A program made the position numbers and the translations under genes. A stretch of 63,847 nucleotides of DNA, counting the filler, from Hyphochytrium catenoides (lineage: Eukaryota > Protista > Hyphochytriomycota): the NCBI GenBank assembly GCA_900088475.1. It is 6 parts of 6 records of this genome, joined end to end, with 100 filler letters (N's around TTAATTAATTAA, not from the genome) between each part and the next. Parts side by side here need not be neighbours in the genome. Positions count along the whole stretch, not along the records: positions 1 to 15,147 come from FLMG01000733.1; positions 15,248 to 39,641 come from FLMG01004033.1; 4 more parts are not named here. One strand, given 5' to 3'. A model generated the notes under the pieces. It had not been told where the DNA came from, ran no database searches, and saw only the letters and a list, made by a program, of their open reading frames with translations. Below are positions 12,174 through 24,833 of the stretch, piece after piece. The first letter of the stretch is position 1, and every line of letters begins with the position of its first letter.

Positions 12174-13438
12174 GTCTTTCTTCGAACCGCTCTTACAACT
12201 ATCTTCCTGGATCCTTCTCTCCCACTTGCTGTCCAGTCGACCCCACGCCCTCCGAACGAAAGACTCTTCATTCTAAGAAATAGAAGGAAGAGTGAGCTCT
12301 CCAATGTCCTGGTGAGAGCACTTATAACCACGGCACTGAATCTGGGAACTGATGAGGGCTTTGGAGGAGAGAGGGAAATTCATCGGAAGTAATGGCAGAG
12401 GAAGAGAGTCCGAGAGAGAAAGTAACTTGATTGCACTGGGGACAAACGTTGTGCCAAACGTTGAGCAGCAGGAGAGAGAGAAGGAGAGAGAAAGAAGAGG
12501 GGCCGAGAGTCCCACGGCCCCTCGCCCGCAGCTTGATTGCTGCTCTTTTCTCCTTCGACAGTCTCTCTGGTACCACGATTCGGCAGGAGGAGAAGCTCAG
12601 AAGACTCTTTCTCTCGCGGCTTGAGTCCCCTTGGTTCTCCCGCGGAGACGTCCTCACTCTGTCTCCTCACAATGGCACTCTCCAGCCTCTCATCTTTTAT
12701 CTCTTTATCTCCCTGTCCGGGCCAGAGAAGAGGATGTGAAGCGGGCAAAACTGTCAGAAACTTTATAAAAGTTACATGGGGAGAGGGAAGGAACATTCNN
12801 NNNNNNNNNNNNNNNNNNNNNNNNNNNNNNNNNNNNNNNNNNNNNNNNNNNNNNNNNNNNNNNNNNNNNNNNNNNNNNNNNNNNNNNNNNNNNNNNNNNN
12901 NTCTTTTTCTCCTCTCGCGTCTTCAGTTAGTCACCTGACCCCTTTGGCGCGGCTTGAACCTTAAGAACTTGTTCGGTCTGTCTTTTCTCGTTCGCAGCGC
13001 TGCATTTCTCTCTTTCTCGCTCTTGGAGAAGGAATGGCGTTCCCTCTTCTTCTCCTGTCCTTGGGGCTCTCGCGTCCTTGTGTTCTTCTCTTCTCCGCAG
13101 CTGTACAATAGGAAGGAATATAGGCTGCTCATCGTTCTAAGCTCTCTTCCTTTGTTCTCCGCTCTGTCTCTCTTTCCTTCTCATAGCTCACCTCTCTCTC
13201 TCTCTTCCTCTTTCTCTCGACTAGCCAGCCTTCTCCTTTTGCCACCATCGAATTAGCGTCATATTCAAACCTCCGTCCCATCGCGCAGCAGATTCAAGCG
13301 TCGCCACCACCGACCGAGAGGCAAGCGCTTATCTTCAACAGCTATTCAACCTCGTTTTTCTCGCTCTTTCTCTCTCCTTGTCTACTCTCCTCAGCATTGC
13401 CCGGTCCCTTCCTAATAAAAGGCATCATCAATCTCCCC

Positions 13439-14254
13439 ATGAAGCTCTTAATCACTATCTCTCTCTTTCTCTCATCTCTTCTCCTCTTCTTCTCCTCCGC
13501 CTCCGCGCAAGATCAGATCACCGCTGCTGGGCCGAGCACTTATCTCTGCAATTGGCAGGATGTGGAGATCGCTCCAAGCTTCAATGCTAGCCATCTGACG
13601 GGCCTCTGGTACCAGATCGCCACCACCGCGGTGGTCAGAGGAACCACAGAGCAGAGCTGCGCCTGCACTGCTGCGCGCTTCACGCCTCAGAATGTGACGA
13701 TCGGAGATGGTGGAGGACAGGTCGTCGACCAGGAAGAATGGGAGAAGACAGGGAACTACACCGTGGATATTCTCTGCTATAACACCACGAACAACTCCAT
13801 CTCCCGCGGCACTGGAGACGCCTATTTTCCTCTCTCTCCCAGTGTCGGAGCCATCGCCTTCTCCTTCCCAGGCGAGGAAGAGCCGCAGAAACGACAGGAG
13901 AGAGCTCTTCTCTACCCAGGCGGCGCAGAATATCTCGTCTTGAACGTTAGCACTGACCCAAGCACGAACTCTGACTATGTCGTGCTGGGCTCTCCTTGCT
14001 TTTTGAACGCGTACATCTACTCCAGAAGCCCCACGATGTCTGATGAGGCGTTCGATGAAGCGAGGAGCACGCTAAGAGAGAAAGGTTATCCTGTGACCAT
14101 CCTGGGGCTGAGGAGAACGAACCAGAATGAGACGTTCTGTGCGCCGATGAGAGAGTACATCAGTAACGTCACCGAAGGGACGGGAGGAGCAGGCGGAGGG
14201 ACCACCTCGGCTCCTCCGACACTGAGAAGGCGCGCTCTCTTCTTTTATCCTTAA
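13439..14254 (+). CDS. Secreted lipocalin (ApoD/Blc-like), intronless
   Basis: Signal peptide MKLLITISLFLSSLLLFFSSASA, the lipocalin SCR1 motif FNASHLTGLWYQIA (GxW), and an SCR3-like AYIYSRSPTMSDEAFDEARSTLREKGY. It also has several Cys and N-glycan sequons. Confidence 0.85.
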   Translation: MKLLITISLFLSSLLLFFSSASAQDQITAAGPSTYLCNWQDVEIAPSFNASHLTGLWYQIATTAVVRGTTEQSCACTAARFTPQNVTIGDGGGQVVDQEEWEKTGNYTVDILCYNTTNNSISRGTGDAYFPLSPSVGAIAFSFPGEEEPQKRQERALLYPGGAEYLVLNVSTDPSTNSDYVVLGSPCFLNAYIYSRSPTMSDEAFDEARSTLREKGYPVTILGLRRTNQNETFCAPMREYISNVTEGTGGAGGGTTSAPPTLRRRALFFYP

Positions 14255-14302
14255 AAGCAAGAGCGAAGCAACAAACAAGAGATGATCGAGAGAGAGAGGG
14301 AG

Positions 14303-14345
<43 letters not shown>

Positions 14346-14707
14346 GAAGAGAGACGTCTTCACACGGCTGCCCGTCTTCTGGTGGAAGACTAAGAGAAAT
14401 GGGAGAAGAGGAGGGGAGAGAAGAAGTGACATGGAAGTCAACCAAAGAATGCGTTTATGTCCATGCTTTTCTATAAGAATATTCATAACTATAATGCATT
14501 GAAAACACTAAGATCTCGTCGGAAGAAAGAGGCTATTATCTCTTTCTTCTCCCTTCTTCTTTCTTCTTCTTCTCTCTCTATTCTACTATCTCTTGTGCTC
14601 TTCCTTTAGAGTTCGCGGCAACTCTCTCTCTTCTCTCTCTCTCTTTCTCTCTCCTCTCACTCATTCTCTCTCACTCACACACACACACACACTCTCTCTC
14701 TCTCACC

Positions 14708-14745
<38 letters not shown>

Positions 14746-15147
14746 GTCTCTCTCTCTCTCTCTCTGCATTCTCCTACTACCTCGATCTAACTTCTCTGTT
14801 CTCTCTTTCTTCTCTCTCCTCCTCTTGCCTGCACTGCTCTCTTATGAGTACTACCAATTTATGAGAGAAATCTTTTTTTGTTGGGGGGTCGTTGTCTTCC
14901 GTCCCGAAGAAAGGAATGAAGAAAGGGCTCTTTCTTTCCTACTGTCTGCATCTCTTCTCTTCCTACCTACTTCTCACAGGAACCAGACAGCAGCTCGCGC
15001 GAGCGGCAAGAAGAGACATTTCCTTGCCTTCTCAACGTCGTCTATTTTTCTTCATTTCATCATCTGACAGGCGCCAACAGAGGAGGTGGTGGAAGATAAG
15101 AGAATGGAGACTTCCTCTTACGGTACTAGGGGGTTGGGGGAGAGAGA

Positions 15148-15247
15148 NNNNNNNNNNNNNNNNNNNNNNNNNNNNNNNNNNNNNNNNNNNNTTAATTAAT
15201 TAANNNNNNNNNNNNNNNNNNNNNNNNNNNNNNNNNNNNNNNNNNNN
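15148..15247. other. Artificial contig spacer (44 N + TTAATTAATTAA + 44 N)
   Basis: Exactly 100 nt. The palindromic 12-mer at 15192-15203 places stop codons in all six frames. Confidence 0.97.
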
Positions 15248-16473
15248 GTCAATATAGAAGAACTCGTTGACTGTCCTGCTAAGCCCTTTCCATGGAGCGA
15301 CACATAAATAAAGACAGATTATATCCTGGGTTAGGCTTGCTACTGCATTGACAATAGGTAACGTTCGAGCACATCCATGAATGGGCTTCTTACGTAGTTG
15401 AAGAGCAGTAAGAAGTTGTAGCCAGCGTTAGCAATATCCTTCAGCTTCTTAGAGAGATGAGAAGCAGGTAGAATACAATCACTCAGGAAGACATTGAGAT
15501 TGGCTGTTCTCATATACCGCGCTTGATACAAGTGTCACTTCCTGGGGCTCATCCAGGAGGGCTACATACCGAAGAGGTTGAACCGTATACTTGCTAGGTA
15601 GGCTTACAGAACCTTGAAGAGCGCAAACTGAGGGAAAGGCAGTTGATGAACAAGCTGCATCTTGCTTCCCCTGCTTTCCCCTACCTTTAATGGACTTATT
15701 GGTGGGGAAGGACAGTGAATGAAGAATAGTGCTTGGCAAGGTGAAAGGTCATTTCGATGAACTTCTTTGGTGATGATGACAGCCTTGGATCTTGAGTGTC
15801 GACTCGAGAGAGCCCACTATCGGGAATCAATGGATCAAAGAGCTCATGCCATTTCGGAATATTAAATGACTTATCATAGATGTTTACCATATCGTGGATT
15901 GCTTGAGCCCGGGAATGAAGGTCATAATCTATGGGATTCCACCTCTTTCCAGCTCTTTCGCCATAGTAATAATACAGGCACCTACCCCTTTATTCGACTT
16001 ATCACGATGTGTAGTAGTACGTCCAACGTTACATGAGTCTCGAGTATAGGCTAACCCGGGCCATGCAAAGTTAGAGGTAACATAGTTATGACTTCTCTGT
16101 CTCGGGTTAGGACCCGAGCCTTCTTGGAGACCAAAAGATCTTTTGGGTGTTGCGTTTGGTGATGGATCCTTCCCTTCCCTTCAGCGGGTCCAGCCTTTCC
16201 TGATGTTTCTTCTCCGCCAATTGCACTTCCATTGCCCTGCGACAAGATGCAGACTGCTACAGCTACTGCTACTTGTAGCTACTTGTAGCCTAGACCCTGT
16301 CTCTCCAGAAGTAACGTTGGGGGGCAGAAAGCACAAGCAACACGGAACCCGGAAGCTCTCTTCATCGTTTGTCATTCATCAAGTTTCAGCCTGCTTCAAT
16401 CATCAACATAACGCACTGCTGTAGGAGAAGATCCCTGCCCTTGACTCTACTTTTTGGCAAGACACCCAACACA

Positions 16474-17306
16474 ATGGCTCCTTCAATCAAGGTCTATTAT
16501 TTTGACATTGCGGGACGGGCTGAGCCAATTCGGCTTGCATTGGGTTGTGCTGGCCTCCCTTTCGAAGATGTTAGACTGAGCCGTGAGCAGTTTGGCGAGC
16601 TAAAAAAATGTAAGAGAGCTTGGACAGCCCATTCTGGTGAAAGGACTAACATCTTGCACTCGCTACAGCCGGAAAATTTCCAAATGGCCAGGTGCCCTTC
16701 GCTGAGATTGACGGCAAGCCACTTGCGCAGACCAACGCCATTTTGCGTTACGTGGGGAAGCTTGGGAACCTTTATCCTCAGGACGCTTGGGAAGCGGCAA
16801 AGGTTGACGAGGCGCTCTACTGGTGTGATGATGTAGGTCAGGCGATTGGCCCATCGTTCCGCGAGAGTGACCAGGAGAAGAAGGTGCGACGCGATCCTTG
16901 CCGATTATATAGTTCCCAATGGAGGACTGACTGCCAACCCTGCAACCTAGATGGCTCTGCGCAAAACCCTAGCTGAAGAAACCCTTCCCCTTTGGCTGGG
17001 TTACTTTGCCAAGCGCCTCGAGAGCAATGGTACCAACTTCGCAGCTGGCAATAATGTAAGATTCCAGGGGCTCTTCTTTCGTCAATATCTCTGTGTGAGT
17101 GACCTAACATAAGGTTGTCCTTGCTATAGTTGACTGTCGCAGATCTTGGTGCTTTCCAGATGCTGAACTGGATTAGCTCTGGCATCCTCGATGGCATTCC
17201 AACGACTATTCTCGACGGCTTTCCAGCTGTCAAGAGCTACCTCGAAAGAGTAAAGAACCACCCTGGAGTCAAGAAGTACTACGACTCCAAAACTCTGAAG
17301 AACTAG
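16474..17306 (+). CDS. GST: Glutathione S-transferase, sigma-like, 4 exons (16474-16609, 16669-16883, 16951-17055, 17130-17306)
   Basis: N-terminus MAPSIKVYYFDIAGRAEPIRLAL with the catalytic Tyr, G-site GQVPFAEIDGKPLAQTNAILRYVG, and N-capping box LTVADL. The GT-AG introns join in phase. Confidence 0.95.
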
Positions 17307-18061
17307 AGAGACAGGTAGCTATCGCATACAGCTGAAATAAGCTCTCTGCGTCTTTAGTTAACAATTAAATGTACGGCTAAGTTATTCGTCCTTAGTCTGT
17401 GTCCCTCTTCTACCTCTGTATCCTAGTTCTTTCCAGAAAGCTTGGTCGTAGCCGATTCTGGCATACAATTGGTGTCCAGTAAGCTACTCTCCTGACGTAA
17501 AGAATCATTAGTCTAGCACATCTACCGAAGCATCATTAGTAACTTTACAGCTGCGCTTTAGACTTTAGAACGTTATGAGTGGACGGTCCTCGGTGTAAAA
17601 AGCCTTCCGCAGCTAATACTATCTATCATTATGTGTTGTTCACTTTTCTCGCCTCAAAACAGAATCGGCAGCTCTTTAAATCTTGTTGGGACCGACTTGT
17701 TAAGTGAGATTGCTTGCCACCTGTGAAGCTAAGATAGCAAAGGTGGTCGCCCTGAGAGTGCTACGGACAAACGCTCATCCCCATTCTCAGCTAAAGCAAG
17801 AACGGGACTAGTATATGAAATGCCTACAGTGCTGAAGCTGGGACGCTTTGAATGATAGTTGTTAAACCTTCTTGCCAGAGAGACTGTAGGCAGACCAAGC
17901 TACTCGTAGAAGCGCTGACAAAGGATCATGGGCCATGACGACTGCGTCCGATCCTCACCCGTAGCTCTCAACCCCATCCATAAGTGTTCGATGTAGAACT
18001 CGATTGAAGGCAAGGATATTGCGTATTAAATAGAGACTAGCGCTCAAATACTACAGTTTAG

Positions 18062-21000
18062 CTAGAAACCTCCAAACATCTTCTGTGCCATTTTTTTCTC
18101 CTTCTCTTTCTGCTTTGCTTGAATTAGATCAAGTTTCTTTTGAAGGCGCTGGATCAACGGGTCTGAAGGAGCGATCTTGGCGGCCTTTTGAAGATCTTTA
18201 AGTGCCTGCAGGGTACAGTCTTAGGAGTGAAAATAGAGCCAATTGATTCCTATCACTCCGCAATGATCGCCCTCTTAAGTCCACATTATAAGACGGCTAG
18301 TTCCTATCAAATCACGCTATGGCTCACAACTGCTTAGTGGGAGCAAGCTCCATCGTTCAGATCTCCCTTCTCACCTCTGCATAGTTCTTCATGGCTTCCT
18401 CTGCCACAGCCTTCCTATAGAGCGCTTTAACCGACTCGGGATCAATCAATAAGGCAGATTTACAGTTCTCTGCAGCCTGACGCCAATTCTCGAGTTTCAA
18501 GTAGCACTGCGAGAGATTAAGGTACAAGGACAGCTTTGTCGTATCCACCTCCTTCTTTCCGTCGTCATCCAAGTCAAAGAACTTGGTGCAGTGATTGAGT
18601 GCCTTGATATACCTAGGAGAAAAAAAGTTCGGCGATTTGAGCAGAGCCAAGATATGCATGCGTCAACTCATAATAGGAAGCAGCGCCACGGAACTGCAGC
18701 CTCAGAGCCTCTATAAAAAGTCATGTTGGGCATCTCCATTTGCCCCATCCTGACTGACAAGGCAAGTGCACAGTCGTTATGGGCCGATCTCTCTTCCCCC
18801 GGCTTCCCGTGGTAAAGGAGGAATAGGTTGTCTGATGATGGCAAACTTTCACCTCGTCGCCACTCTTCTGACCCCTGTTGTTTTGCTCCTTCGCTCTCAC
18901 AAACCTAAGGTCCTGTTTTGCTCCAACTGAGCTTATGTTCTTCTTACCTGACAGCCGCCATTTCTAGGTTGCCACCTTTGAAGAGCTCGTTACCCTCGTC
19001 CTTATTCTTCATAACTAACCGCATGCGGTCCCCCTTCTTTAACTTGCGCCGGTCATGGTCGTCATCGTCTCCGCCTTCCGCCGCAGCTGACCATAGATAG
19101 GAGAGACGTTAGTTGGTGGTAAGACAACAAGAAGCACGGCCCGTCCAGGCTAGGCCACATCATCGCGCAACCCACTTTGTCCTCCACGCCTAGTCCGAAT
19201 AGATTGTCCTCTCCCTTCACCACAAGTGGAATCACCAACCAAATCCTCTCCCTCAGAAAGGGCTTACCTTCAGCCGCTGCAGCTGCTGCATCCTTGGCTA
19301 GTTCTTCCTCTATCTTCTTCCTCTCAGCCTCTACTGCTGCAAAATATTCAGGGCAAGCTTCGGTGATAGCGCCCTGTGATAATTAGAGCGGTTACCAAGC
19401 CAATCTCTCCAAGAGGTCTAATGGCCCAAAACTGATATGTGTAAGAATTTGGACCCAAAGTGACCGTACTTTTACGTCCTGTAGTTTACTGTCATATTCT
19501 GCAGCAGAACGATCATCAGCAGCCCACATCCAATCCTCAGTACCTAACACTAGAGAGTTCACGACATCGTCCTTCAAATGCTTCCTAGGGGACGGCGAGT
19601 GGTTCAGCTAGTGAAGTAGAGAGGATTGCGGAGGCGAGGCTCATGTCGCAGTTGTAGACAAAGCGCCTCAATGCTGAGAGACCAAGAAAGATCGAAGTCA
19701 GACTGAGTTAGAGGCCAATAAGCGCTTACTTGTGAGGTCCATTGAGCCCTCCCCGTAGCTCATAAAGGAAAGATTCTAAGCGGTTTCTCGCTGCCGTCGC
19801 CTCTCTCACTTCATGCTCCTGAATAAAAAAGGCATCGTCAACAACCTTCTCTTAGGTAAGACGTAGAGAACCACTCGTGGCTAACTGAGAGGAACGATTA
19901 GAGAGACTCCCATACAAAGATTTTAGACCGCCAAGAGAAGCTACAGGGCAGGTGAGGACCTGAGCCAGCATCTTTTCTTCGAAGCCGATGCACTTTTCAA
20001 TTACTTCTCCAGGCAGACTTCCAGCGTTTGCGACAACGTCAGCCTTCCACCTATGGATTAGAGGAATAGATGACACACACGGAAATTAGTGCAAAAATTT
20101 AGGAAACAGGACGGCGGACGGAATATCTGTAGCAAATGCAGGTCAGGTAGACATGGCCCGTATCTAAACCTAGCCACGTACTTTTCCAGGTCCACAACAA
20201 GCTCCCTGCCTGGGGCGGCTTCGCCATCGTTCTGCACTGAAACTCCATCTACCTCCTTTGAAACGGTCTGCAAGTGCGATGCGAGAATCGCAGCTCCTGT
20301 TGCCACGGAGTGCGACCCGTCCAACGTGTAGGCCAATCGGTCTCCGCCAATCTCAAAAATGAGAGACTTCACCCATGGGATACGAGTGCCACCTCCCTGT
20401 AGGCGCAGACATGAGGGCAAGGGTAGGTGAGAGAGTTGCGGATAAGTGGGGGCTAGGGCAGAAGCAACCAGTCTGCTTTAGCGTATTCATAAGAGTGGGG
20501 AGTATTAATAGCCTTTGAAAAGGAAAGGAAAACTGGAGAGCCACGAAGAGGCAGGAGGTGGTCCGTACTATTAGTTCAATTGCTCTACAGTCATTCAGGT
20601 TGACGCCGCTAGAGTAAATGACGGAAATCAGCAGCTCCTTCAGCTCTGCTCGCAGCTTCTCGCTTGCCTCCTCCACCTGTGCTCGGCTGATCTTCAGCCT
20701 CACATCGCGCTCTGATCCGTCCTCGCCGACCTTCATGGAAACAAATAAGCAGGTTTGAGGATAAGATTGTCTCTTGCGTCCTTTAGCTCTCTTAACCACG
20801 GTCGCAAGGCGACCTCCCCCTATCCAATAATGCCAGAAATACCGTCACTCTCTATCAGGTTCTCTCTCTGTGAAGTATTATCATTCCGTGCCTAGGAGAA
20901 TCTTGCATAGCTTACCACATGCTCGATATCAATGGGGGCTATGGCGACAGTACTTAGAACCTTCTTCGCCTTCTCGCATTCCTTTAGTATTCTAGCCCAC

Positions 21001-23339
21001 AAGCGGGACCTCGGTGCCACCTTAACTCCCTTCTGTGCACATTCCTTCACCACCCTGCACAAGAAATTACCGGCGGGTATAAAGCACAGGTGATTGAGAA
21101 AGAATACAAAGAGACGACGGGTCCACGGTAAATGAGCTTATAAGAATAGAACGGCCAGAGGTACAGAGTTGACTTTTCACCACCCTGCACAAGGAATTAC
21201 CGGCGGGTATAAATTATGAAGCACAGGTGATTGAGAAAGAATACAAAGAGACGACGGGTTCACGGTAAATGAGCTTAAAAATATAGAACGGCCAGATGTA
21301 CAGAGTTGACTTTTCATAACTCACATCTTGAATATGATGTCATCAATAACTCCTGCGCCAACTTTAGGCGAGGAGGCAGTGGCAAGGGGTTTTATGGTCT
21401 TGGGCGTGACAGCGAACATCCCGATGGAGGTGATGCTAGCGCCGATGTTAACAATCAGCACATTGGTTGGCGTCTCTGCGGAAGCCAGAGAGGTTAGCAG
21501 TGGCTATACTAACTTTCCTTTTCTTCGTGCGCTCTCCTGTTCCTCCCTCTCACTGTAAAAGCATCAACTCCACTTCAGGCGTACAGTGGCGGACATTGAT
21601 CGATTGGGTATCATGGTTTTGGGTCTTCTTTGCATTTAGACTCTTTTGTCTTCCTCCGACATTAGTGCTCCATCCATATCAACTATGTCCCATGTCTTTG
21701 GGCTATCTCTCGAAACCCCGAGTTACACTTCGTCTCTTGAAGTGCGATACCTCATCTTTGCCTTATAACATTGAATCTATTCTTCCTAGAACCATCGAGG
21801 ACGTGCCTGCCACAACGCACAAGAGACAATCTTTTTTGTCTTACCTGGCATGAGCGTCGTGTAATGCTTGAACATCCACTGAGTGGCAGCGCAGGTTAGG
21901 GAATCCACCAAGCGCAAGCTGTTACTGTCGCCAGTTTCTAGGCCCGCGATCTTGCATGCATCAAGTAGCGCGGCATACTGCTTTGGGGTATAGAAGGACG
22001 GTACGGCTGATAATAAAGGAAACGTGACATATATTGGGAAACGGAGGAGAATATCAAGTCAGAATTAGTCCAAGGGACAGAATAGAATTGGAAGCAGGAC
22101 ATGGCCATACAATCACCACCCCGCCTTTTCGTCAGCTCTTCCTCAGTGATGTCAAATATATAGAGGTTTCCCCCCATCTAAATGCGGGCAGCAGCTGAAG
22201 GTTAGCTGTGACGCTCTCTCTTTTCCCATCATGCCCTTTGTTGGTAAAGGTATCTTGGTTGCAATTTGCTCAGTAGGTTCCCGTCTACCTTACCAACAAT
22301 GAGATGAGCTGGTCCGTCGCCCTCAGACTCCTCTACGAAACCGAGGACCCGTCGCAGAATCATGGCTACGGCGGCCTCTGTCGGGATTGTCAAGCTCTCC
22401 CCTCTAAAGTTGACGGCCACCTGCCAATAGAGAGACGGGTTGAGAATATTCACGCTACAAGTCGCCTACCTCAAACACTCTTACCTGTGAGGAATTGTTA
22501 GCGCTATTTTCCGCCATATTGAACATCTGAGAGTCCTCTGTCAAAGAAACATACTCTTCTTTGCTAATACCTACAGCAGAGACGCTGCATGAGTCGAGAT
22601 GATTTTTGCCAAGTTTGTTTGCTAGTAGCGCTCTTTGGTACCACAAGCGATCTACCGAGAAAGCCCTCTCAATCAAGTTGCTATATGATCTGCTTACCTA
22701 GCAGCCTAACAAGGTCAGTGAGAACCGCGTCAGGCTGGAGCCGAAGCTTGTCAACTGCATGCTCTCCTAACTCTCGAGACTTTCCATGAAAGGAGATCAT
22801 GGTTGGCGTTCCCCAGTTTGAAAGATCCTGAGAGGTAAAACAAAGAGCAAATTATGACCCGATATTGAGAAAGAGAGTCAGAAAGTCAAGATGGATAACA
22901 AGGGGTGGAGCAACAATTGATAGAGATCTTCCAATGTAGGACGGAAGCGGACGTGAACGGGCATTGCTTGCAAGAAACAGCTAGTATGCGACGAGCAGGA
23001 GGGCAATATGAACCCTCCTAATCTCCGGAAAGGAAGTCTAAACGGTGCTTAGTAGGTGAGGAGAAGCTAATGAAACAGAGCGGCCGAGATGGCAGTAGAC
23101 ACATAGCCAGTACACCCTTGCCAAATAGCGCTGTCTTCTGGGCTTACATTCCTCACGATGCGGGCAGATCTTGATCCAAAGGCGTCACAAACTGCTGCTA
23201 CGACTTCACTGGTGCCCAGGTCGATGCCACATATCACAGGCCGCAGGCTTGAGAGGGTTTCAAGGAGCATCGTGAAGGCCAACTCTGAGCTGTTGCCCCA
23301 AGTGTCGCCTCCCTCTGCCTTCTTCTTCTCTGCTGCCAT
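18062..23339 (-). CDS. Hsp70/Hsp110-like nucleotide-binding domain + helical lid + C-terminal 3xTPR (multi-exon)
   Basis: Hsp70-family motifs appear in order: CGIDLGTSEVV, GTPTMISFHGKSRELGEHA, AVPSFYTPKQYAALLDACKIAGL, ILKECEKAKKVLS, IELIGGGTRIPWV, LDGSHSVATGAAI, and ARNRLESFLYELR. The TPR region follows: KNKDEGNELFK..YIKAL, LYLNLSQCYLKL, KALYRKAVA, ending KEKKMAQKMFGGF*. The start codon is uncertain (23339 or 23270). Confidence 0.85.
21046..21316. repeat. Tandem ~130-bp duplication inside an intron of the Hsp110-TPR gene
   Basis: The unit TTCACCACCCTGCACAAG(A/G)AATTACCGGCGGGTATAAA...GTACAGAGTTGACTTTTCA occurs at 21046 and again at 21176. The copies differ by a few substitutions and a short indel. 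Confidence 0.95.
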
Positions 23340-24833
23340 AGCCTTGAGGTCAGCCTTTCGGATATTTTTTGCTGCCTGAGGAGTGGCTTGGATCTGAAAC
23401 ATAGGGGAGAAAAGGGATTAGGTTACCGGAAGATAGAAAGTTAGGATCACCCCTTGAGACCCGACACACAGGATATAAGTGTCAGGGTACGTTAGAGAGC
23501 AGCTCTTGAGGAGGCCGGCTGCAGGAAGCAGAAGGACTTAGTGCGGGAAGGCCAAAGAGAGAGGCCGCACAGTGGGCGAGACAGAGTGCAAGTGTGAGAG
23601 AGATAGAGACAGCGTGGAGATCACAAGAGAGAGGAAAGCAGAGCAAAGATTGCCTAAAAGATGTCAAAGGCAAAGGGAGGTAGATGACATACAAAGTTTG
23701 CCAACTCAGCGAGCCCTTTGGAAATATCCTCGTCTGACTTGGCCTGCGAAAGGTTGAACGTGGCTTGGCGCCAGGAGGAGTTGTCCTCAGGGCCAAAGCG
23801 AGCTAAGAAGTTCATGGCAGGGAAGGCTGATAAGGCTCAAAGGCCAGCAATACGTGACCGAAAGGACTGTAGGGCGGGGCGATAGGGGGAGAGGCCTCAC
23901 AGTGCGAAGGTGGACTACGGGTGATCGAGGGTTCGTGGCTAGCGCTCTTCCTGCAGGCAGGAAGGGCACACCCTATCGCAAGGACTTCTTCGGCTTTCAA
24001 GAGCGGAAGCACAGAGCTGATGATCTCAACAGGGGGAGGAAAAACCCTTCAACAGCACCAGCGGACAGACCGAACGGCACGCTAAAGGGGCAGACTGTAA
24101 GGCCAAGAGAAGGAGAAAGAGAGCTGTGAAAGAGAGAGAGAGAGAGAACGAGAAAGAGAGAGAGAGAGGTCTTGGAATAGGAGATGGTCAGGGTCCTCTC
24201 CTCCTTCTAGAAGATGCCTTTCATGACTTCTTGATGGCTCTCAGGCCCTTCCCTCCTCCTCCCCGTAGATCGCCATCACTCCTCCCAAGGTCGAGCGGAT
24301 ATGGGTGACCTGGGTAACGGAGCTGGGTCGAGCTAAAGGACCTGGGTTGCCCACATAGCAGAACAGGACGGGGCAAAGCGGCTCTGTTATTGGTCTTCCA
24401 CACCACGGTCGTGCGTGGTGGTGGTGGTGGTAGGCCATCATCCACAGTATGATGTCTCTCTCTCTCTCTCTGTCTCTCTGTCTCTCTGTCTCTCTGTCTC
24501 TCTCTCTCTCTCCCTTCTCTCTCCATCTCTCTCTCTCTCTCTCTCTCTGTCTGTCTCTCTCTCACAGACTCCGACATTTTACCACGTCCTCACTCTCTCT
24601 CTTCCTCTTCCCCAACTCTTTGGTCTCTCTCCTCTCCCTCATAAATGTCACTATCTTGGCTCGTCTTATCTTGACTTTTTGCAAGTCGTCGCTACTCTTC
24701 AGCCCCACACAGCATCACCAGCTATTATTTAGGTTACATTAGGCGTTCTCGGTGACCTACCTAAGCAGAGGTCATAGTGATTGCCATCGACCAGCACGGA
24801 AGAGGAGACGAAGATCAAGCCCGAAGCAGAAGG

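Noticed and set aside
15248-16000. Minus-strand coding-like fragments (e.g. ...WNPIDYDLHSRAQAIHDMVNIYDK...)
   Set aside because: The frames are interrupted by stops with no consistent splice sites, and no RT or transposase motif was recognised. It may be a pseudogene but this is unsupported.
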